Source of the DNA: a virus
Taxonomy: Duplodnaviria; Caudoviricetes
IMG/VR virus record: IMGVR_UViG_3300005545_000008
Location: 7,529 to 71,528 of that record
DNA: 64,000 nt
Reading direction: 5' to 3' (one strand)
In this document: positions 43,201 through 52,417 of the stretch, piece after piece
How positions within the stretch are numbered: the first letter of the stretch is position 1
How the letters are laid out: the number at the start of each line of letters is the position of its first letter
Notes under the pieces: generated by a model
The model's database searches: none
Seen by the model: the letters and a program-made list of their open reading frames with translations, nothing else
Told to the model about the DNA's origin: nothing
Translations under genes and position numbers: made by a program

Positions 43201-46200
43201 CTGATGGATGGATGAAAACTCTTGGAATGGCTCAAGTAAAATGGGGACAGATCAAGGATTCAACTGGCCAAGTAAAAGACGATATGCAGGCTATGGTTCA
43301 AAAGGTTCGTCAGGACAATGCTGACCTTGTAACTGAAGTGAATAGAAGAAGCGGTGCAGGACTTGATGATCTTCTAAGAAGCCAGGTTTACAGATTACAG
43401 GGTCAAGGGCTAAATCAGCAGGACATCATGAAAAGCATGGAAACTCTTCTAATTGCAGCTGGAAAAACTAGACAAGACGTTGATAAAATACTTGGAAATA
43501 TCAAGGTGACGTTTGACTTCAAAACACCAATATCAGATCTTGATGTGTTCTTAAAGGATGCAAAAGATAAGATGTATGCTGCTGGAATTTTCCGAGGAGA
43601 ATTCCAAGGAAAAGAAGGAATCTTTGAACAGGGTTTCAACCCTACTCGTCAAGGTAGTGCACGTTTAGATCAACTTACATCAGATATTATGGGTAAAATG
43701 GTTGGTCTAGACGATACTATGCAAAAGGCAGTGGCGGAAAAACTTGCTCAACAACTAAGCTCTGCAATGGAACAAGGCTTCAAGGATTTAAAGAGCAAAT
43801 ATGGAGATAAACTAAAGAATACTTGGCAGGAGTCTGCACAGGATCTTCTAGAATTTACTCCAGGTAGTGGATACTTCCCTAAGCAAAGAGAAAATGCAAA
43901 TGGTGGCAGGGCACCAGTAACTCCAGTGCAAAGAGATTTGGCTCTACAGCTTAATACAAATAGAGATCTTGCATTAAAGCTTGCAAAGGCTATGAATATT
44001 CCAGATGATGTTGCTAAGAAGTTCAAGACATTTAATGATATTCTTCCAATGATTGGAAATAGCACAAAGAGTGCAACAGATGTTCAGAAGCAATATAACG
44101 ATGCAGTAGAGAAAGCAGAAAAACTTGGTGGTAAATTAACTGAAGAGCAGAAGAAGCAAATGGCCGCTGCCTATGCAGCAGCTAGAGGCTTGGATGCTGC
44201 AAAATTAGCTGCAAACGGATACTCTCAAGAAATTGATAAGAATGCTGATGCTATTAGAGAAAATAACCGTGGTATTGAATTGTTCTTAAGCAACTTAAGA
44301 GAAGTTCAAAATGAACATGGCAATTTTGATGGAGTAATCAGTGGTTCAAGTTCTTTCTGGGAAAATAGAGCTGACTCTGAATCAGGTTTTGGTGGTTTAA
44401 GTGGTTCACCAGAACAACAGGGAACCATGCTCAATGATCTAATGAAGAGCGCTTATGGTAACACTATGAATACCGCCTTTGATCTTGCCTCTATGCAGGC
44501 TGAACGTCAGTATCAAGCGCGTATGGATGGAATTACTGGTTATTATGAGGGCATTAGAGATAGACTTCAAAATGAGTCTAAAGCTTTAGATAAAGGCTGG
44601 CAGGATAGAATGCAAGCCTTCTCTGACTCATGGAAAGATCGAATTGATTCGACAAAGCAAAGTTTTGAAGACCGCCGCGATGCAATACAGGCGGAGATTG
44701 ATGCGATTGAAGATCAAAGAGATGCAAATAAAGAACTTGATGATCAACGTCAAAAGATGTTCGAAGCGGAAGAGAAAAGAGTTGAAAGGCTTACTGAGCT
44801 TGCCAACGCAAATATCAAGTATACTCGCGCCCTAGCTTCAGGTAATCTAGATGAAGCAGCAATGGTAATGAATAATACTGAGCGACTGCAAAGTGCTTGG
44901 GGTTCTCAGGATTCGAAGGCCTCTGCTGATGATAAGTCAAAGGCTAGAGATAAGGCCGATAAAGATCGTATTGATGCCTTGAAGAAAAAGCAAGATTCTC
45001 TTAAGGATGAAGAAGAGGCTGTGATGAAGTCTCTTGATAAGCAACAAGAGATGGAGAAGCGTGCACTTGAGCAGCAGAAAGATAATGAGCGTGAACGACT
45101 ACAGAACCGTATTGAAGGACTAGCAAAAGAGCAGCAGGCTGTTGAACAGTCAGAAAGAAGAAAACAAGAGCTTGATAGAAAGACTCTTGAAATTCAACTT
45201 GCCACTTTAAAAGCTTTTGTTCCAATGAATGAGACACAACTTTGGGAGCACATTGCCAGAGTACAAGGTGCCTATGGTCAACACGGAGTTCAGTTGCAAT
45301 TTAAAGGTACACAGTGGGGTCAGATTGTAGGATCTGCGCTGTACAATAACGTAGAATCTGCACGAGTACAGTTGAGCAATAACTCTGCTTGGCAGCAGTC
45401 AGGTGCTGCTATTGGTGATGCCATTTCAAAGGGTGCATTTGGTCTAAGCTTAGGTGACTTCTTCAATATGATCATTACTGGTCAGCCACCAGCAGGTTGG
45501 AGACCGCCAGGTTCAAGCGCAAGCTATATACCACAGACTCATAGTACGGGTGGACCAAATAAGTTCTACCACACAGGTGGTGTGATTGGTTATGATCCAG
45601 GTGGACGTAATGGTATGGGAGGACAGCTTAATTCAGATGAGATTCCTATAGTTGCACAACGTGGTGAGTTTATGATGTCAAAGTCCGCTGTTGATAGACT
45701 TGGTCCGCAAACATTACGTGATTTGAACGCCGGTAAGATTGGTATGGGTGGAGCTGACTTAGGTTTTGCTGCAATTGGCGCTGGTGTAGGAATAGCACTC
45801 ATGAGGGCTATGATGAACGCTGTATTCCTTGGCTCTCAAAGGCAACAAACAGAAGGTAGCGTCATGGGTATTGCTGAACCAGGAATATATGGAAATGTTA
45901 AACTAGATGCTGATCAACTAAGAAATGCAAGTATTATTGCCAGTGTTGGTAGATCAATGGGTGCAAGTACAAGAGATATTGTCATTTCATTCATGACAGC
46001 AATGCAAGAGTCAGGTCTAAGAAACCTAAATTATGGTGACCGTGACTCACTTGGTTTATTCCAGCAACGTCCATCAATGGGTTGGGGCACACCTGCTCAG
46101 GTGACAAATCCTGAATACGCTGCTAGAAAGTTTTTTGAAGGACTATTAAGAGTTCAAGATAGAGGAAGCATGCCGCTGACTCTAGCTGCTCAAGCTGTTC

Positions 46201-46970
46201 AAAGGTCAGGATTCCCTTATGCGTACGCAAATTGGCAGTCAATGGCTGAGGCACTTGTAGGATCTATGGGATCAGATCCCAATCAATTAGCTGGATTTGG
46301 CATGTTTGCCAGAATGGCAGCAGCTTCAGGAGGAGGAACAGGTAAATATGTAAGACCTGCTTCAGGTCCAGTAACTTCTGAATATGGTATGCGTTGGGGT
46401 AAGCTTCACGATGGTATTGACATTGGAGCACCAATTGGCACTACTATTGTTGCAACTGATACTGGTAGAGTACTTTCAGCGGGGTGGAATAATGGTGGAT
46501 TTGGTAACTGGACCCTGATTGATCATGGCGCCGGAATGGTTTCTGGTTATGCTCACCAAGATAGAGTTGCAGTGTCTGGAGGCCAGCAAGTACAAAGAGG
46601 ACAAACAATTGGTTATGTAGGTAATACTGGTTTTTCAACTGGTCCTCACTTGCACTTCCAGATGGGTGGCGGTCCAGGTCGATTCCAGAACCCTAGGAAC
46701 TGGATTCCTAGCCTTGGTATAGGAGGTACGGTTAATTATGATAATGTTCTGGCAAATCTACACAAGGATGAAACTGTATTAACATCACCTTTAAGCGCCG
46801 CATTGGAGAGAGGCATCAATCAGCTTGACTCTGGTGTCAGCAATGTATATCATGTAAGTATGCAAATTGATGCATCAGGAATGTCTCCTTCAGAACTAAA
46901 GAAAACAATATCAGATGTATTTGAAGAGAAGAGAATAAAGGAAGCTAGAAAGGTGGGTAAGATCAGGTGA
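40272..46970 (+). CDS. Tape measure protein with lysozyme-like and M23 peptidase domains
   Basis: 2232 aa helical; TP901-type TMP region; TAMQESGLRN...GLFQQRPSMGWG; HDGIDIG...YAH...STGPHLHF. Confidence 0.95.
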   Translation: MAELNALNATAGNLEKRLQTLGTSRLAGGTLIRDLQSVAAPKFQWDEGLRQTDLFVKNLHRGKMELQGITDFMEKYRNQSRDIAENQTRLANAVSRTGSSGQTQMYLPSVSDVRNSTMALEANNRQIGIQNEMLKVASTEVQNWGKNMQWAGRQLMVGFTIPFAAAAAAAGVYAYTIDKEITNIAKVYDGAKEEVKGLAMSTSQFVTSTMGATSKATLDVMAQLAAVGLKGEELKQSTIEVQRLATLGEMDSSVAMKSVIALQATFKMSVKDTANAINYMNSVENATSLQMQDFAEAIPRAAAPVAQLGGSLQDLGTILVALKERGVDAAEGANAIKTLMNRLINPAEQTKQAFKSLTGKDLPEFIKETKGQLMPTMQKLSEIIHNGNLSLLERQQLIGRLGGAYQVTRLTAILDGLSDKGGQVEKAFQVAAEGESKWAAVAAQELATKTSSISGQFTIAVQNFKNQLQGFGEVALKMATGLINIVTDIFGALNKLPDGLKQVLIFGASFLAVAGPLAMLVGIFANFAGTIGRGVAWISNLSSKHKSLTIEQKAAAIASGDLKNKFMSESETVQVLVFQLEKLQKAYLETAQASAVASTSSVKTAQSQNLMRASDKALDRERAEAQKLALLMSQQQEFVSRNKGVPSRGEIDQAERMAYLEQARRDILANPKYTAQKTGAIFDPEMRKKYDDLGKEMATADGMLLAEQRKRQNAYLDQQNKLTQQIKDQENVLTGAIKHRSQVTREALAAENAMLITGLKEQAGHAAALSQARTGSNPNEVMFNGARYFQSAGAWKKEMDGKIMAAPVEEAKALNSGFQTVATTTGKVADNIEKSSIMTKVFSQEALLAVSAVTAIGAQVAGTNSGLASWLNWIAIGTGALSIMMPLFEKINLFSRTSNFFENMLGGPDGGKSKIAKLGSNLMEKMSTFGKAAAGLFFNPWTLAVAAVGIGAFAVYKLVTAEGERNLEHMQRLANTTDGWMKTLGMAQVKWGQIKDSTGQVKDDMQAMVQKVRQDNADLVTEVNRRSGAGLDDLLRSQVYRLQGQGLNQQDIMKSMETLLIAAGKTRQDVDKILGNIKVTFDFKTPISDLDVFLKDAKDKMYAAGIFRGEFQGKEGIFEQGFNPTRQGSARLDQLTSDIMGKMVGLDDTMQKAVAEKLAQQLSSAMEQGFKDLKSKYGDKLKNTWQESAQDLLEFTPGSGYFPKQRENANGGRAPVTPVQRDLALQLNTNRDLALKLAKAMNIPDDVAKKFKTFNDILPMIGNSTKSATDVQKQYNDAVEKAEKLGGKLTEEQKKQMAAAYAAARGLDAAKLAANGYSQEIDKNADAIRENNRGIELFLSNLREVQNEHGNFDGVISGSSSFWENRADSESGFGGLSGSPEQQGTMLNDLMKSAYGNTMNTAFDLASMQAERQYQARMDGITGYYEGIRDRLQNESKALDKGWQDRMQAFSDSWKDRIDSTKQSFEDRRDAIQAEIDAIEDQRDANKELDDQRQKMFEAEEKRVERLTELANANIKYTRALASGNLDEAAMVMNNTERLQSAWGSQDSKASADDKSKARDKADKDRIDALKKKQDSLKDEEEAVMKSLDKQQEMEKRALEQQKDNERERLQNRIEGLAKEQQAVEQSERRKQELDRKTLEIQLATLKAFVPMNETQLWEHIARVQGAYGQHGVQLQFKGTQWGQIVGSALYNNVESARVQLSNNSAWQQSGAAIGDAISKGAFGLSLGDFFNMIITGQPPAGWRPPGSSASYIPQTHSTGGPNKFYHTGGVIGYDPGGRNGMGGQLNSDEIPIVAQRGEFMMSKSAVDRLGPQTLRDLNAGKIGMGGADLGFAAIGAGVGIALMRAMMNAVFLGSQRQQTEGSVMGIAEPGIYGNVKLDADQLRNASIIASVGRSMGASTRDIVISFMTAMQESGLRNLNYGDRDSLGLFQQRPSMGWGTPAQVTNPEYAARKFFEGLLRVQDRGSMPLTLAAQAVQRSGFPYAYANWQSMAEALVGSMGSDPNQLAGFGMFARMAAASGGGTGKYVRPASGPVTSEYGMRWGKLHDGIDIGAPIGTTIVATDTGRVLSAGWNNGGFGNWTLIDHGAGMVSGYAHQDRVAVSGGQQVQRGQTIGYVGNTGFSTGPHLHFQMGGGPGRFQNPRNWIPSLGIGGTVNYDNVLANLHKDETVLTSPLSAALERGINQLDSGVSNVYHVSMQIDASGMSPSELKKTISDVFEEKRIKEARKVGKIR

Positions 46971-47392
46971 TATTACCAATTTGGTGTGGTTTAACTTTTG
47001 CCAGACCATCAGATCCACAATACGGATCAAGAAAATTGTCAGATCATAACAGATCTCCCATTAGCATTAATTTTGAAAAAATAGAGAATAAAGAAAGAAT
47101 GGCAAACGGCACATTAAGAAAATTTGTTGTAGCCACAAAAAGATCAATAAAGGTATCGTGGGATGATCTGCCAAGGCAAGATGCACACACTGCGGATAAG
47201 TTTTGGGGAGCCAATTCAATAAAGAATTTTTATAATTCAAATGGTAATCAGGCTTTTTGGGTAACAATAAATTATGGTGATGGAACTAATGAGTCAATTC
47301 AGGTAATGTTTTCAGATTTTAATATGAAATTATCTAAGAGAAGTTTAGTAACAGATTTGTATAGTGTTGATTTTGGATTGGAAGAGGTTTAG
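46967..47392 (+). CDS. Minor tail protein (distal-tail-like)
   Basis: GTGA-coupled to TMP; RMANGTLRK.V...K....SW..LP. Confidence 0.7.
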   Translation: MILPIWCGLTFARPSDPQYGSRKLSDHNRSPISINFEKIENKERMANGTLRKFVVATKRSIKVSWDDLPRQDAHTADKFWGANSIKNFYNSNGNQAFWVTINYGDGTNESIQVMFSDFNMKLSKRSLVTDLYSVDFGLEEV

Positions 47393-50300
47393 TGCAGGTA
47401 TTAGATAGTCAGCTTGTTACAGCATTACAACAAGATCATGAAATGGTTGGTAAGCCAGTAGTAATTGCTGAATGGAATTTTAATAGATTAATGAATGTAA
47501 CGGCCAAAAACGTAAGCGATCCAAACAACAAATTATGGCCGTACACTGAGAGTCATTTTCCACCTTCTTCATTAGTAGAAGGTTTCAGACCCGATTCTGG
47601 TATGATATATGGTTTCACTGGTAAAGCTGTGCCAATTAATGATGCGCAGCTGGGTACTGGTGGAAAAAGATATTACTATTGCAGTAAAGATGCTGTATAT
47701 AAGTATTGGATTTCTCCTACGCCTTCACAAAACTCATACGATATATTGCTTATAGATGCTGCACCTAGTACATACTCAATACAAAATAGTAATCTATTAG
47801 TTGAGTATGAATCATGGATTAAGTCCAATAAAATAAAGGTTGTTTTTAATGGTGATGTTAGACCTAAGGTTTGGAGAATATCAGTATTCGATAAAATAAT
47901 CAACAACTGGGTAGTTGCATTCACTTCTCCAAATATCAATAGCATTACGGGACGTGCAGAAATTTGGTGGGATGGGTCTGCATGGGTTCAAACACAACAG
48001 CTAGATGTAACAAAATATAGAGAAATAAACAAAATAAGAGTAGAGATTGATAGCTTAACTACCCCATCCGATAGATTAGAATTGATAGAAATCGCGGGGA
48101 TGAGAGAGGTAGATCTTTCTGACCGTGTACAGAACTATTCAATTGAATCCTCAATGGATGACGTAGACTATATACATCCAATCGGTCAGATGAATTCTAA
48201 TGACGGATCAATATTATTAGATAATAGAGATTTAGCATTAGATATAACTGATGCATCTAAAGATTTCTATGGTTTAATGGATGGATGGTGTGAATATCGA
48301 ACATATGTAAAATTTGATATGTCAAAATATGCCACTTCAGATAAGCTAGTAAGAACTGGAACCATGTATTCAAACGGATGGGTTGGTAATAATCCATACG
48401 AATTTGAAATTCAATTATTTGATCTTGTAAAGATAATACAAGGTATTAAGTGTCCAGCCTTGCTTGTGGAGGGTAAAAGTATTGCAAGAATTATGTCAAT
48501 GGTATTGGATCTTGTTGGGATTGATAAATATGAGTTCAACTTTGAAGATTTTGATCCAACTGAGGCGATAAGATACTTCTGGACTGATGGAAATGAAAGT
48601 GTTTATGACGTATTGAATAGATTATGTAAATCACATCAATGTGTAATGTTTATAGATGAATTTGGTAAGTTACAGTTGATAACTAGGACTCAACTCGTAA
48701 ATGATGAAGATTCAGAAGATTTCACATTGAGCGCAGTTAATGATGGACTTAATCTTGCTAATATTATTAGTCTTCAGAAGAAATATGATATTTCTATAAA
48801 TGATGTAGAAATAAAATATAAAAAGCGTGAAGCAAATATTGACTCAACCGATGTAACAAATAAAGTGCTTACGTCAAAGGTTTGGGACACATCAGACCCG
48901 GTTGTCATAAGGGCGGCCCCTATGATGAGAACGCTAGGAGCCGACGCGGTACCTGAAGTTGATGTAGGACTTGATGTATTATGTGATGCCTGGATTCCAG
49001 ATGATAAAGTTGCAACCTGGCCATACAAAGGAACCATAAATATAGATGGTGAAATATTTCAATATGAAGGCAAGGGCTACGCTGTCATAGACTATTCAGA
49101 TGGTACTTGGGGAGAGAAAATAATAAATAGTGATGAGGATAAGAGAAAGTGGGACAAATTTACTTATGATTCATACACACCGATTCCTGGACCTCCTGGA
49201 GGTACTTCAGGACTTCCTGTTAATTCAGAGTTTAATAACGCTGGAACTATTATTAATAATAGATTGACAGGTAGACTTAGAGTGAAGAAGAGAGCCCAAG
49301 AAGGCTCAAAAGCTGCTGACCACCCCAAGAATGCAAAATATGGCTGGGCTGCCTATAACATTTGGATGGTTGAAGCAGGAAGCTCTGTGCACCCTGGTAA
49401 GTATATCGAGCCTGGCAATACTAATCCAAGCCTATCTGATCTTAGAGATACCAAGAATAAGCCTAATTGGAATATAGAGCAACTATCTTGGAGTAATTCT
49501 GGATCTATCATGAGCCATGATAATAGATGGAAAGGTGGAGGTTGGTATCTGTCATCTAGCCAGATCTATGAACTTGATGATACAGAATATAGGGAATTTG
49601 GCATGAGGTTCAGATTCACCGAAGGAATTCCAGCCGCTGGAATGGTATTTTGTTTGAGTAGTCAAGACGGCTATGCAGATGATCCATTTGAGACTGATGT
49701 CATGGATTGTGATAGGTTTTATGGAATAACATTGCACTCTACCGCTTTAATTGAGGCATCGGGAAGACAGTGCAATGAAGTAACATTGCAGGTAAAAAAT
49801 GGGGATTCTATAGTGGATGCCTTATCATTAGTTAAATCTAAAGAGGATACTGGAAAAATCCAACTAGATATGAATAGATGGCATGATGTTGATATTATAG
49901 TTCATGATGATGAAGTTCCTGGTAGCGTGGGATACAGAATGACAATTGAAATATTTATAAATGGTCAGTATTTTGAAACATTTTATACTTATGATGTAAT
50001 TCGTCCAACTAATTTTTTTGGAATAACTTCTAGATATCCAGGAAAGATTGATTTTGAAAATGTATATGCTACAACTTCAACTGGATTTAATAGAAAGAGA
50101 TATTCAGATGAAGAAGCATTTGGAACAGCAATAATAAACTTACCAGCAGGAACTGATATTACTGCTCCAATCAATTATCCTTCAGTTGGATCATGGCTTG
50201 GTAGTGTTGGTTTAAGTGTTTGTTCATTATCACAAATAAATATTCATTCATTCAATACATATGACTGGAATGGTCAAATTGTGAATAATCTTGGACCAGC

Positions 50301-51189
50301 ACAGATACCCGCCGAATCTCGCAAGATATGGTTTCCACCGGATAATTCAGTTAAAGCCAATATAAGGTATACATCTACTAGTGATGTCTCCCTATTAATA
50401 GAGACATCACTGTATGGAAGACTTCCTTATGTTGGATATAATGATATATATTTTCAATATGAAAATGATTTTGCGTATTGGAGTCATTTAAATGGAGGAT
50501 ATTATTCAACAAAACAGCAGTATATTACCACAAACAATACGACGGATTTTGATAAAGGATTTACTAACGAACTAACTGAATACATAGAGCCAAGAAAAGT
50601 TTTTTATGATGATTTTGGTTCAATTGTCAGGGAAATAAGAGATTTCGATGTAGAATACTCCACTTCTCCAGCAAAAGGAACAAGCGTATATGTTAGTAAT
50701 CCAGAAGTTGCTGTGTTATCTCATGATAAAAGTCCTGCTAGGGGAATCTTTAGGTTGATAAATATTTCTCATCAAGATCAAATAGTAAATGGTACAGAAC
50801 AAATAGATGATCAGAACAGCATTGAGCACACTTTAATGATATATGGATATGTGCTTATTGATAAAGAAGAAAAAACTAAGAGAATAAAAAATGATTCTTC
50901 TATAAGAAAACATGGTCCGTACCCAGTTCAATTAGATGCTGAATGGATTAATTCAGACGATGAAGCTACTGCTCTAGCAAATTGGATTGTTGATAATTGG
51001 GGAGGCATCATGGATACAATTGAAGTTAAAACATTCCTTACAGTTGCTGCTCAAATTGGAGACAAGGTTAAAGTTGTGTATCCTGATGCACAAATAGATA
51101 CAGACTGGTTGTTCCTTGTCTCAAGAATATCAAGAGATTATGATGATGACGGACTTGGAACAAATTTGACACTCCGTCGAGTCAGATGA
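47392..51189 (+). CDS. Large minor tail/baseplate hub protein
   Basis: 1265 aa; C-terminal SIRKHG....LDAEWI...A..LA.W...QIGD.V. Confidence 0.8.
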   Translation: MQVLDSQLVTALQQDHEMVGKPVVIAEWNFNRLMNVTAKNVSDPNNKLWPYTESHFPPSSLVEGFRPDSGMIYGFTGKAVPINDAQLGTGGKRYYYCSKDAVYKYWISPTPSQNSYDILLIDAAPSTYSIQNSNLLVEYESWIKSNKIKVVFNGDVRPKVWRISVFDKIINNWVVAFTSPNINSITGRAEIWWDGSAWVQTQQLDVTKYREINKIRVEIDSLTTPSDRLELIEIAGMREVDLSDRVQNYSIESSMDDVDYIHPIGQMNSNDGSILLDNRDLALDITDASKDFYGLMDGWCEYRTYVKFDMSKYATSDKLVRTGTMYSNGWVGNNPYEFEIQLFDLVKIIQGIKCPALLVEGKSIARIMSMVLDLVGIDKYEFNFEDFDPTEAIRYFWTDGNESVYDVLNRLCKSHQCVMFIDEFGKLQLITRTQLVNDEDSEDFTLSAVNDGLNLANIISLQKKYDISINDVEIKYKKREANIDSTDVTNKVLTSKVWDTSDPVVIRAAPMMRTLGADAVPEVDVGLDVLCDAWIPDDKVATWPYKGTINIDGEIFQYEGKGYAVIDYSDGTWGEKIINSDEDKRKWDKFTYDSYTPIPGPPGGTSGLPVNSEFNNAGTIINNRLTGRLRVKKRAQEGSKAADHPKNAKYGWAAYNIWMVEAGSSVHPGKYIEPGNTNPSLSDLRDTKNKPNWNIEQLSWSNSGSIMSHDNRWKGGGWYLSSSQIYELDDTEYREFGMRFRFTEGIPAAGMVFCLSSQDGYADDPFETDVMDCDRFYGITLHSTALIEASGRQCNEVTLQVKNGDSIVDALSLVKSKEDTGKIQLDMNRWHDVDIIVHDDEVPGSVGYRMTIEIFINGQYFETFYTYDVIRPTNFFGITSRYPGKIDFENVYATTSTGFNRKRYSDEEAFGTAIINLPAGTDITAPINYPSVGSWLGSVGLSVCSLSQINIHSFNTYDWNGQIVNNLGPAQIPAESRKIWFPPDNSVKANIRYTSTSDVSLLIETSLYGRLPYVGYNDIYFQYENDFAYWSHLNGGYYSTKQQYITTNNTTDFDKGFTNELTEYIEPRKVFYDDFGSIVREIRDFDVEYSTSPAKGTSVYVSNPEVAVLSHDKSPARGIFRLINISHQDQIVNGTEQIDDQNSIEHTLMIYGYVLIDKEEKTKRIKNDSSIRKHGPYPVQLDAEWINSDDEATALANWIVDNWGGIMDTIEVKTFLTVAAQIGDKVKVVYPDAQIDTDWLFLVSRISRDYDDDGLGTNLTLRRVR

Positions 51190-51201
51190 TAAAATTATTT
51201 T

Positions 51202-51549
51202 GTGAAGCAAATAAACTCAGATCAGATTGTTGATAATGGTATTCCAGAGAATACTGTTAAACCAATGCCAAGAGATTTAAGTGATGTGAAATCTAACGAC
51301 TCTGGTAAGTCTGGTCTGGGTTTTATTAATTCTGGCAGCACCCCAGTAGATGGACATTCTCCATCTACTGGCACACCAGCAAATCAAAAAATCATACCAG
51401 ATACACCAGCACTAATTGGCATCAAATCACAAACTGTAAAGATCAAAGATGATGGAACCTACGCCATTGATGTGATTATAGAAGTTAATGATGTAGCAAA
51501 TGTCTCAGATTATGAAGTAAGGATTTCAAAAGGTGCAGGGTCTATATAA
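51202..51549 (+). CDS. Minor tail protein
   Basis: Synteny. Confidence 0.6.
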   Translation: MKQINSDQIVDNGIPENTVKPMPRDLSDVKSNDSGKSGLGFINSGSTPVDGHSPSTGTPANQKIIPDTPALIGIKSQTVKIKDDGTYAIDVIIEVNDVANVSDYEVRISKGAGSI

Positions 51550-52417
51550 AATATACAAAGATGGCTTACTTATTCATGAGACATCTAATTTAATTACCAC
51601 TCAAGGTAAGAATAGGATAAGGCAAATTCTAGCTGGGAAGATGACAGGATTTGCATCATCCATTATGGTTGGAGTAGGTCCCACTACACCAACAGTAGAC
51701 GATACAGAATTAAAGTTCTCAGTTGATGGAGAGAGCATTCTAAATACAATGGTTGATGATGTAAATAATCAGGTATTTTTTAAGACATCATTACCAGTTG
51801 AGAAACAATATAAAATATATGAACTTGGATGCTTTGCCTCTAGTGCGAGCACAGCAAAACAATATCAGCAAAATTCATTGTTAATAACACTTGGTGAATT
51901 AACTACTTGGACTAGTTCATCTGGATCACATTCTCTAAATTCTACAAATACTAGGATCGGTGCATCTTCTATTAGATATTCGCTGTTAGCAGCCGGGGTG
52001 GGAAGAGGCTCAACACCATTCCAAATCTCCCTTGACCAACTACCATCAGATACTGTATTTAAGGTTGCATATTTTTCAAATAATATAGCAAATATAAAAG
52101 TTAGATTCAAAACGACTAGTGCAGACTATTTTGAATCAACTATTGTTCCTGCAACTAATAATGCATACAATATTTCACTAGTAAATAAATCAGACTTTGT
52201 GGAAACTGGATCTCCAATATGGTCAAGTATTACAATTGTAGAGATTCAAGCCACGGCAACAGGATCTGCTGGGACTATAGATTTAGATGCAATTCGATAT
52301 GATGCACCAGCTGGAAATACCTCATTGCTTTTAAGTAGAGCATTACCATCTTCTCCAATATTAAAACCAGCGGGATCAACCATGGATGTTGAATATTTGT
52401 TGGAAGGAATCGTTTAA
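51533..52417 (+). CDS. Minor tail/baseplate protein
   Basis: NLITTQGK..I...LAG...VG.G...PT..DT.L motif. Confidence 0.7.
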   Translation: MQGLYKIYKDGLLIHETSNLITTQGKNRIRQILAGKMTGFASSIMVGVGPTTPTVDDTELKFSVDGESILNTMVDDVNNQVFFKTSLPVEKQYKIYELGCFASSASTAKQYQQNSLLITLGELTTWTSSSGSHSLNSTNTRIGASSIRYSLLAAGVGRGSTPFQISLDQLPSDTVFKVAYFSNNIANIKVRFKTTSADYFESTIVPATNNAYNISLVNKSDFVETGSPIWSSITIVEIQATATGSAGTIDLDAIRYDAPAGNTSLLLSRALPSSPILKPAGSTMDVEYLLEGIV

